From Blastocatellia bacterium (GTDB lineage Bacteria > Acidobacteriota > Blastocatellia > UBA7656), in the NCBI GenBank assembly GCA_035275065.1, contig DATENM010000150.1, positions 80,620-144,619 of the forward strand: 64,000 nt of DNA, read 5' to 3'. Positions 29,501 to 36,069 of this stretch are shown here, piece by piece (within the stretch, counting starts at the first letter, position 1; every line of letters starts with the position of its first letter). Both the position numbers and the translations under genes were made by a program. A model generated the notes under the pieces. That model saw nothing but the letters and a program-made list of their open reading frames with translations. It made no database searches and was not told where the DNA came from.

Positions 29501-30097
29501 AAAGAAAGACTGCGGTTTGAGCGATTACCTTTTGCGGCAAGTGAAGCAATGACCATTGCCAGTCTTATACCTGAGCAACAGCGTAAGCTAGCTCTCGGTT
29601 TTGATGCAACCCTCTTTGCAGCAAAGAGCCCGGACCTACAGCAATATCGTATATTGCATTTTGCGACTCATGGACTGATCTATGGAGAGCACCCGCACCT
29701 GTATGGCGTCGTGCTCTCTCTGGTGGATAAGCAGGGAAATCCACAGGATGGGTTTCTTCGGCTTAACGAGATTTACAATCTAAAGCTCACCGCCGACTTA
29801 GTTGTCTTAAGCGCGTGCCAGACTGCCTTGGGAAAGGACATTCAAGGAGAGGGGATCGTGGGGCTGGCGCGCGGGTTTATGTATGCCGGGGTTGCGCGCG
29901 TAGTCGCCAGCTTGTGGAAGGTAGACGACAGAGCCTCGGCGGAGTTAATGAAGTATTTTTATGAAGAGCTGTTTGGTCGGAACCAATTACGCCCCGTCGC
30001 GGCTTTGCGAGCCGCCCAGGTGCGGATGTTGCAGCAACCGCGCTGGAAGTCTCCTTACTACTGGGCTGCCTTCATACTCCAAGGTGAATGGAAGTAG
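26576..30097 (+). CDS. secreted/membrane-anchored TPR-repeat protein with C-terminal CHAT protease domain
   Basis: N-terminal hydrophobic segment YRLILLIVLLANV. More than 12 TPR-like 40-aa repeats (A..L..IG.VY..LG....AL..F..AL.L). The C-terminal CHAT domain has ILHFATHG and LVVLSACQT (His/Cys dyad). Confidence 0.9.
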   Translation: MFQPGNCRFSLTNFPRHTVYRLILLIVLLANVCPRSFAHRYNREAGTSLGTALKPVTTNQEPIHLLPGKTIRQEVGAGKRTSFQIILSAAQFVRVIFEGEWAVFSVSLSAPSHHRIYEFNTRRFRPTPLTFITDFSGTYTLDIESREEEGEAAHCQLTIESVRRPAAGDGYLIAAERATAEAERLREEWQLKSLTQCIAKYKQAQTYWRRLDNRAEEASALKSIGDVYATLGQNPAALTSFNLALPLSKVAGDRQLEIDILNALSEVQADLGNWQAALDNARQALTLSNEVGFIRGKARALNAIGLVYHLLSDFQQALNTFDQAMNLWRISQDRRGQAQTLTNIAYSYGDPGDLQKSLSLFNEALLLWRKSKDLRGEAQTLTTIALLNSSLGEMQKAFDTHTQAIRLFRMMGDLAGEAVTLNGMAYIYETLGDRQRAVELFGRALKLFQVAGRRSSEAITLGLIGEVYYSLGDNQKALEYHTKKLNATRSLGDQRAEAYTLRDMGIVFDSLGNKDKALDYLSRALSLSKAVSDLRAQASTLNGLGSISERSGQREKALVFYQQALHLSRASEDRAQEAQTLHNIARAYRDLGNLAEAYEQAKALLDIVETQRVKVASRELQASYFASAHQHYELYIGILMRMHRQNPGSGYDTVAFGASERSRGRVLLDLLNEAQADIRQGVDPVLLLHERELQQLLNTKAERQMRLLSRSHTEEEATAIKKELVDITSRYEDVLAQIRATSPKYANLTQPHTMTLSEIQQILDADTMVLEYSLGEEQSYLWAVTSKWAKVFELPPRKKIEAAAIRLYRSLTGDAQSQSSKFPQQRSRALENEASQYGEAATDLTSMLLDPVAPYLAAKRLVIVADGALQYVPFAALCDPNNPKETRQEQPLVVNHEIVNLPSVSILSALRSETNGRSPAPKALAVFADPIFERNDPRVIMNEGRRRNNVNNKPGHIEVSRGQYQPRSDELLDEAKERLRFERLPFAASEAMTIASLIPEQQRKLALGFDATLFAAKSPDLQQYRILHFATHGLIYGEHPHLYGVVLSLVDKQGNPQDGFLRLNEIYNLKLTADLVVLSACQTALGKDIQGEGIVGLARGFMYAGVARVVASLWKVDDRASAELMKYFYEELFGRNQLRPVAALRAAQVRMLQQPRWKSPYYWAAFILQGEWK

Positions 30098-30130
30098 TAG
30101 GCTGAATCATCCGAAAGATGACCTCTAGAG

Positions 30131-30673
30131 ATGATCGATAAGAACTCTCAAGCCTTTGAAGCCTTACTGCTCCGTCTCGAGCCAAGCCTTCCTGACCCAG
30201 AAAAGAGGTATAAACAGTTGCGCTCAAAAATGGTAAAGTTCTTCGGGTGGAAACGTTGTGAGGAACCGGAGTCCCTTGCTGACGAAACCATCGGAAGGAC
30301 GGCCAGGAATCTTGGTGCGGGAGAAGCGATTCACGCGGATAATCCTTACTCCTACATCTATGCGATTGCCAGGAATGTATTCAGGGAATATCTTCGAGAT
30401 AAGAAGAAGCGAGAGATGATTAGCAATAATTTACCTGATCACACTCAAACATATTGTGAGGATTCGCAAGATTGTAGGAAGGAATGTTTGCACGGGTTGT
30501 CCCGGGATAAACGCAGTTTACTTCAGCATTATTATGCAGGCGAAGAAACCAGAGATAGATTAGCTCAGTCCCTAAACATGAGTCTCAATGCCCTGAGATT
30601 ACAAATACATCGGCTCAAACAGGAATTAAGGGCATGTGAGGAGCAATGTCTTCAGAATTACAAAAGGAGGTAG
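30131..30673 (+). CDS. ECF-like sigma-70 family RNA polymerase sigma factor
   Basis: 180 aa with a region-2-like segment (ESLADETIGRTARNL...YIYAIARNVFREYLR) and a region-4 HTH-like segment (LSRDKRSLLQHYYAGE..RDRLAQSLNMSLNALRLQIHRLKQEL). It starts 33 nt after the TPR-CHAT stop. Confidence 0.7.
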   Translation: MIDKNSQAFEALLLRLEPSLPDPEKRYKQLRSKMVKFFGWKRCEEPESLADETIGRTARNLGAGEAIHADNPYSYIYAIARNVFREYLRDKKKREMISNNLPDHTQTYCEDSQDCRKECLHGLSRDKRSLLQHYYAGEETRDRLAQSLNMSLNALRLQIHRLKQELRACEEQCLQNYKRR

Positions 30674-30816
30674 AAATTTATCCTTCTATTTTTTCACTTA
30701 TATGTAAAGGGCAAGATGGTGAGCGATCAGACTACCCTGGCCTGGGGTCGTAATCTGTTCCTGCTGCATTCGGAAGGGTTGTTGGCGATTTTAATACTGT
30801 ATTAAGGGTTACTACC

Positions 30817-31800
30817 GTGAAGCAGAAGACGCTGCAAGAAGACTTGATGATCCGCTATCTGCTGGGGGATTTGACGGAAGAGGAGCAAGCCCAAATTGAG
30901 GGGCGGTTCCTGGCTGATAATCAGTATTTTGAACAACTGTGCTCGGTTGAAGATGCTTTGATTGATGAGTATGCACAAGGCACCCTGGCCGAACATGAGC
31001 GTGAAAAGATCGAAAGTCTATTATTATCCTCTAAGCGCCAAGCTCACGAGATTGAATTTGTCCGCGACATGATCAAGTTCGTTTCCGAGCATCCTATTGA
31101 CGAGCCAGGCAAGCAAGGTTCGGCCCATTTCAAGCCTGCCAGTAAAGTGCGCTCTTTGATGACCTTTCTGCACCTGAGAAGTAGGCGTCTCTCTTTCGCC
31201 GGAATGATATTCTTGATTGGAATAGTTGTATCTTTAGTCTTATGGAATTTTTCACTTCAAAAGAGAATCAGACACATGGGCTCTCTGCAAGCGGTGCTAG
31301 AACAAAACCAAGAGGAATTACGGCAGCAAGTTATTGTAGAAAAAGACAGCCGTGAGGCAATGATTAAAGAGTTGGAAAGCGAACGCCGTGAGCGAGAGCA
31401 ACTTAAAGAAAAAGTCATCACCTTGCAGGAATCTGGACCATTGATCTCAAGGAATAATACTACCATTCTTGATGTCCAAGCTGCCGCCTTCACCAGAGGT
31501 CAAGGGCAGTTGAGGGTGGTACATATCAACCCGAACGTTTCTCGATTCCAAATCAGAATACATACGGATAAACCGGGCGGTTACCAGACCTACACCGCAT
31601 TGATCAAAACATTTGAAGGGACCCAAGTCTGGAGTAAGGATCAAATCAGACCGAATCAAATAAATTCAAGGACATTGGTTCTAACCCTCCCAGCCGCAAT
31701 TCTAAACAACGACGATTACATACTTACACTGGAAGGAAGAACTGAAGCTGGTACAACAGTAGGAATTGGAGATTATCCTTTCCGAGTCAAGAGATGGTAA
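30817..31800 (+). CDS. single-pass membrane protein, anti-sigma-factor-like
   Basis: The N-terminus MIRYLLGDLTEEEQAQIEGRFLADNQYFEQL resembles cytoplasmic anti-sigma domains. One TM segment (LSFAGMIFLIGIVVSLVLWNF), a coiled coil, and a ~130-aa external domain follow. The start is either GTG at 30817 or ATG at 30847. Confidence 0.6.
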   Translation: MKQKTLQEDLMIRYLLGDLTEEEQAQIEGRFLADNQYFEQLCSVEDALIDEYAQGTLAEHEREKIESLLLSSKRQAHEIEFVRDMIKFVSEHPIDEPGKQGSAHFKPASKVRSLMTFLHLRSRRLSFAGMIFLIGIVVSLVLWNFSLQKRIRHMGSLQAVLEQNQEELRQQVIVEKDSREAMIKELESERREREQLKEKVITLQESGPLISRNNTTILDVQAAAFTRGQGQLRVVHINPNVSRFQIRIHTDKPGGYQTYTALIKTFEGTQVWSKDQIRPNQINSRTLVLTLPAAILNNDDYILTLEGRTEAGTTVGIGDYPFRVKRW

Positions 31801-31917
31801 TGTGCGGCGGCCTTCGACATAAGGAATAAATGGTTTTTGAGTGAAATCCCATTGTAATAGCCGTTACGGTCTGAGAGTCATCGCGCCGCCTAACCTTCCT
31901 TTCCGGCCTAGTTCGAA

Positions 31918-33381
31918 ATGGACATTGTTCTCTATCCACGCGTCGCGCCGGGTGATCGGGTCAGAGTCTGGGTCGGCGTCTTTCAGGCGATGAGCGCGCC
32001 GGCCCTCGCCTGGTTTATTAATGATTCGCCGGCTGCCCCCGTCGCTTTACGGGAGTTGGCCAGCGTCCGCCCGGATGACATGCTGCCCGCGGGCGCCGAC
32101 CCGCGGAATACCCCCAGAGCCTTCACCGGCGTTTATGAATTCTCCGGGCTTACGCCTGATACCTTCTACAGGGTCTCCGTCCAGGCAGACGGCGACGGCA
32201 GAACATTGGAAGTTCGGACGCTGCCGGCGGCGGTCACGCCGCAACTCGACCGGACGTTTAACGTGCTGCTGACCTCCTGCTTTCATCAGGCGGAAGACCG
32301 TGGCGGCCTGGCCAGTCAAATCGTTTCGCAACTGCCGGCCACCTCCAGGCCACACATGACGCTGCTCGCCGGCGATCAGGTCTACCTTGACCTGCCGACT
32401 TTGAGAGACTTCCCGGATGACACCGCCTGGCTTGCAGAGAAGTTCGAAGAAGACTACACAGCCAACTGGCGCGGGCCGCTCGGCTACACCGGTGTCCTGG
32501 CGGCGGCGCCGAGCCTGTCTATCCCCGACGATCATGAGTACTGGAACAACTACCCGCACGTCAGCCCCATCGTTCAGAACAGCTTCCATCAGGCGGGTCG
32601 CGAGCGCTGGCGCGCGGCGGCACGACGGGTCTATGAAGGATTCCAGCTGGCTTACCCGGCGAAACTCGGCGAGCCGATTGTCGTCGAAGTCGCGCCCCTG
32701 TCTTTCTTCCTGGCCGACACGCGCAGCAATAAAGATTTCGACCGCCAGTTCACCATGACGGATGAGGCGCACCAGCAACTCGACGACTGGGTGTCGCAGG
32801 TGATCGCCAAACAGCAGTTCGGAGTATTCCTGTCCGGACAATCTCTTTTCCGCCAGGCTGCCGGGATGCTGACCGGCACCGTCGTCGATTATGAGCTGCC
32901 GAACTATGGGGACTATGGGCGCATCATGACGAGCTTGCAACGGCTCGCCGATGCCGGACGTCCGGCGCTCTGCCTGACGGGCGACGTTCACTGGGGCCGT
33001 GTGGTGACCGCCACCGATATTCAAACAGGCAGGACCGCCTTCGCCGAGGTCATCTCTTCGCCGGCGTCACTGGTAACCGACATCGGGCAGGATACGTTGA
33101 AGAAAGCGGGGGCGTTCATCGGCGGCATCTTCGGCTCGAAAACTCCATGGCCGCGGCACGCCGACCCGCAGGACCCGCCAGAATTTCTGGCCTCGGATGC
33201 TTTGCAGGGGCGGTTCCTTTGCTCGAAACTTCATGGCCAGCGCGGCAATCATGTCGTCCTGTTAATGTTTCGCCAACAGGGCGGCGGCCTGGAGTTGCGC
33301 GTCAAGTACTGGCCCCTGAGTCTGAATAGTCAGATCGGCGCGCCCATCGAAGTGAGCCCGATCAACTTGCTCAGCGCCTAA
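31918..33381 (+). CDS. PhoD-like metallophosphatase family protein (tentative)
   Basis: An Fn3-like N-domain (FYRVSVQADG...LEVRTLP) is followed by LLAGDQVYLD and PDDHEYWNN, which resemble PhoD-type metal-binding motifs. Confidence 0.5.
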   Translation: MDIVLYPRVAPGDRVRVWVGVFQAMSAPALAWFINDSPAAPVALRELASVRPDDMLPAGADPRNTPRAFTGVYEFSGLTPDTFYRVSVQADGDGRTLEVRTLPAAVTPQLDRTFNVLLTSCFHQAEDRGGLASQIVSQLPATSRPHMTLLAGDQVYLDLPTLRDFPDDTAWLAEKFEEDYTANWRGPLGYTGVLAAAPSLSIPDDHEYWNNYPHVSPIVQNSFHQAGRERWRAAARRVYEGFQLAYPAKLGEPIVVEVAPLSFFLADTRSNKDFDRQFTMTDEAHQQLDDWVSQVIAKQQFGVFLSGQSLFRQAAGMLTGTVVDYELPNYGDYGRIMTSLQRLADAGRPALCLTGDVHWGRVVTATDIQTGRTAFAEVISSPASLVTDIGQDTLKKAGAFIGGIFGSKTPWPRHADPQDPPEFLASDALQGRFLCSKLHGQRGNHVVLLMFRQQGGGLELRVKYWPLSLNSQIGAPIEVSPINLLSA

Positions 33382-33393
33382 GAGGGATACACT

Positions 33394-34125
33394 ATGATTA
33401 ACATCATCAGCTCTAATGCGACTTCGGCCAGCGACGCCTTGAAAAAGGTAGACAGGAGTGATGGCGAGGACAATCTCGAATGGCTCGCGCGGAACATGCC
33501 TGCCGGCGGTGAGCAGACGACGCTCGTCCTGGTCGGCGGCACGAGTCCGACCGCTTTCCGCCTGCGGGTCGCGCAGTCACACGTTCGCCATGACTTAGTG
33601 CCGAGCTATTGGTCGCATGTGATGCTGCTCGGCAAAGCAGCCAAGAACATGGCGTCGACAACGGTGACGGAAATCTCATTAGAGCCGCCGCAGGGATTCG
33701 CTTACCCGCCGCCTACTAACGGCCTGCAAAAAGGCAAGCTCGGCCATTACCGGGACGCGGCGCAATTCCCGAACATCGCCATCCTCAACGTCCCGCGTCC
33801 GCAGCGGGCCGTGGCCGAAGCGCTCGAGCGCTTCCAGAAGCAGCGGGGGGTCCTGGACGCCGTCGGTCTGATCGTCCGCTGGCTTGAGTACGTGTGGGGT
33901 GTGGCCCGCAGCAGCAACCCTCTCTTGGACGGCATCGGCATCCCTGCGGCGGCGATGCTTGAGGTGGCGGTCGGGGCCACGGGCTACGATCTGACGCCGG
34001 GGCTCGAGAGCCGTTCGAGCTGCCCGGAAGCCATCTGGCAGGCGGCAAAATGGTGGCATGAGTATTATAAGGATCAAAATCGCTCGCCGCTCACGGGAGC
34101 CTACCACGTCGGACATTCACTGTAA
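33394..34125 (+). CDS. hypothetical protein
   Basis: 243-aa ORF starting 12 nt after the previous stop with a GAGGGA RBS. Codon usage is like its neighbours. No motif recognised. Confidence 0.5.
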   Translation: MINIISSNATSASDALKKVDRSDGEDNLEWLARNMPAGGEQTTLVLVGGTSPTAFRLRVAQSHVRHDLVPSYWSHVMLLGKAAKNMASTTVTEISLEPPQGFAYPPPTNGLQKGKLGHYRDAAQFPNIAILNVPRPQRAVAEALERFQKQRGVLDAVGLIVRWLEYVWGVARSSNPLLDGIGIPAAAMLEVAVGATGYDLTPGLESRSSCPEAIWQAAKWWHEYYKDQNRSPLTGAYHVGHSL

Positions 34126-34172
34126 TACGGCCCGGGCGATTTCAGTTCGCCGCATGAGTCCTACAGAAGCTT

Positions 34173-35252
34173 ATGAATATTAAAGAGGCCACTCAGAGTT
34201 ATGAAACCTGGGCTGCGCAATACGCCGCCCTCATCCGAGAGGACCTGGATTACAAGCATCAGCAGATGTGCGCCTCGCCTTTCGCCTTTCTCCGGGCGAC
34301 GTTTTACCGCTGGGCGCAGGCGCTTCCTGAGGCAGGCCCGGAGCTGATGGCGGCGCCCGAGGTGCTGGCCGTTGGGGATCTGCACATCGAGAACTTCGGC
34401 ACCTGGCGTGACGCCGAGGGACGGCTGATCTGGGGCGTGAACGACTTTGATGAGGCGTCGGCCCTGCCTTACACGAATGACCTGCTGCGGCTGGCTGTCA
34501 GCGCGAGTCTCGCCATCAGCGCCAGTAACCTGGACATCGATCACAAGGATGCTTGCGCGGCGATTCTCGAAGGCTACCGCGAGGGCTTAGACAAAGGCGG
34601 CAGACCCTTCGTGCTGGCGGAGCGACACAAGGCGCTGCGGGAACTGGCGTTTGGTCAACAGCGCGATCCTGCCCAGTACTGGCAGAAGCTTGAGGGCCTG
34701 CCGGCAGTCAGCGAATCGCCCCCTGCCGCTGTTGAAGAGGCCATACGGGCGACCTTGCCCGAAGCGGGATTAGCCTATCGGGTCGTCCGGCGTGTCGCCG
34801 GGCTCGGCAGCCTCGGCAGGCCGCGGTACGTCGCCCTCGCAGATTGGCGCGGCGGCTGTGTGGCTCGCGAAGTGAAAGCTCTGATCCCGTCGGCGGCGGC
34901 CTGGGGCCAGGTAGGAAGCTATCGAAGCGAGGTCCTCTATCAAACGATTCTCGACGCGGCGGTGCGCTGCCCGGACCCGACAGCACAGGTAAGAGAAAGC
35001 TGGTTAGTGCGCCGGCTTGCTCCTGATTGCATTAAGATTGAACTGAGTGACCTGGCCAAGTCGCGAGACATGTGGCGACTGCTCGAAGTGATGGGGAAAG
35101 AGACCGCCAACATTCACATGGGTACGGAGGGGGCCGGCTCGCTGATTAACCAGGATTTGCGCGCCCGTCCCGAGAACTGGCTACATAAAGCCGCAAAGAA
35201 GTTGGCTGAGATCACGAACCAAGATTGGGAAGAGTGGAGAAAGGTCAGCTAA
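34173..35252 (+). CDS. DUF2252 domain-containing protein
   Basis: MCASPFAFLRATFYRWAQ...GDLHIENFGTWRDAEGRLIWGVNDFDEA...DLLRLAVSA matches the DUF2252 signature as I recall it. Confidence 0.75.
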   Translation: MNIKEATQSYETWAAQYAALIREDLDYKHQQMCASPFAFLRATFYRWAQALPEAGPELMAAPEVLAVGDLHIENFGTWRDAEGRLIWGVNDFDEASALPYTNDLLRLAVSASLAISASNLDIDHKDACAAILEGYREGLDKGGRPFVLAERHKALRELAFGQQRDPAQYWQKLEGLPAVSESPPAAVEEAIRATLPEAGLAYRVVRRVAGLGSLGRPRYVALADWRGGCVAREVKALIPSAAAWGQVGSYRSEVLYQTILDAAVRCPDPTAQVRESWLVRRLAPDCIKIELSDLAKSRDMWRLLEVMGKETANIHMGTEGAGSLINQDLRARPENWLHKAAKKLAEITNQDWEEWRKVS

Positions 35253-35358
35253 GGTTAATGGAAGGTTAGACGTGCCTAATGTCATCGGCTTGGTGGCAAC
35301 CTGAATATCAATGATCGCCTCTTTGCTCCAGCCTGAGGTTAAAGAGTAGAATTGCCTC

Positions 35359-35628
35359 ATGCCAGAACTGAGCCGTTTCTATGGAATAATCATTCGCATG
35401 TACTGGGAAGCTAAGGCGCCGCATCACCGTTCCCATTTTCACGCTTACTACCAAGATGAGGTCGCGGTTTTCAGCATTGATCCAGTCGAATTAATGGCTG
35501 GTTCACTACCGAGGCGACAACAGCGGCTCGTTTAGGCTTGGGCTGAACTACACCAACAAGAGTTATTAAACGACTGGGAGCTGTTGCAAACTGGACAAAC
35601 GCCACAGCCGATAGACCCGTTGAGCTAA
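35359..35628 (+). pseudogene. DUF4160 family gene interrupted by an in-frame TAG (35533-35535)
   Basis: My translation is MPELSRFYGIIIRMYWEAKAPHHRSHFHAYYQDEVAVFSIDPVELMAGSLPRRQQRLV*AWAELHQQELLNDWELLQTGQTPQPIDPLS. The family signature continues straight through the stop. A GGAG RBS and the DUF2442 gene follow. Confidence 0.7.
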
Positions 35629-35637
35629 GGAGCGACC

Positions 35638-35934
35638 ATGAATCATCCAATCTATCGCGTCGAGTCATTTGAGGTGGTCGGGGCTTATACCCTAAAAGTA
35701 AGATTCGATGACAACACGGAACAAACTATAGACTTTCAGCCGGTGCTGGCGGGTCAGTTATATGGACCATTGCAGGAACTTACTCTGTTCACTCAGGTTA
35801 AGCTCGATCCCGAAGTGAAGACGCTGGTATGGCCGAATGGGGCAGACTTTGATCCCGCAACATTGCATGATTGGCCTGAGCAAATCGAAGCCCTGAAAGA
35901 ATCCGCTCAACATTGGGAATTAACCGGTGCATAA
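35638..35934 (+). CDS. DUF2442 domain-containing protein
   Basis: 98 aa reading VESFEVVGAYTLKVRFDDNTEQTIDF...LVWPNGADFDPATLH. This is the usual partner of DUF4160. Confidence 0.85.
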   Translation: MNHPIYRVESFEVVGAYTLKVRFDDNTEQTIDFQPVLAGQLYGPLQELTLFTQVKLDPEVKTLVWPNGADFDPATLHDWPEQIEALKESAQHWELTGA

Positions 35935-35950
35935 AGTATCCGAAGCCCGT

Positions 35951-36039
35951 CTAACAAGGCGTTGCAGCGGAGGCCGTGAAGCGCAGTTCTTGTAGTTGCT
36001 TTTACTGCCGTTCACGGCCCCGCTGAACGCAGGCGTTAG
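35951..36039. terminator. imperfect ~30-nt inverted repeat between convergent genes (possible bidirectional terminator)
   Basis: CTAACAAGGCGTTGCAGCGGAGGCCGTGAA pairs with TTCACGGCCCCGCTGAACGCAGGCGTTAG. The core GGCCGTGAA/TTCACGGCC is perfect. There is no clear U-tract. Confidence 0.3.
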
Positions 36040-36069
36040 GCCGCCTCAAACCGCGCACGGACGCTGAAG

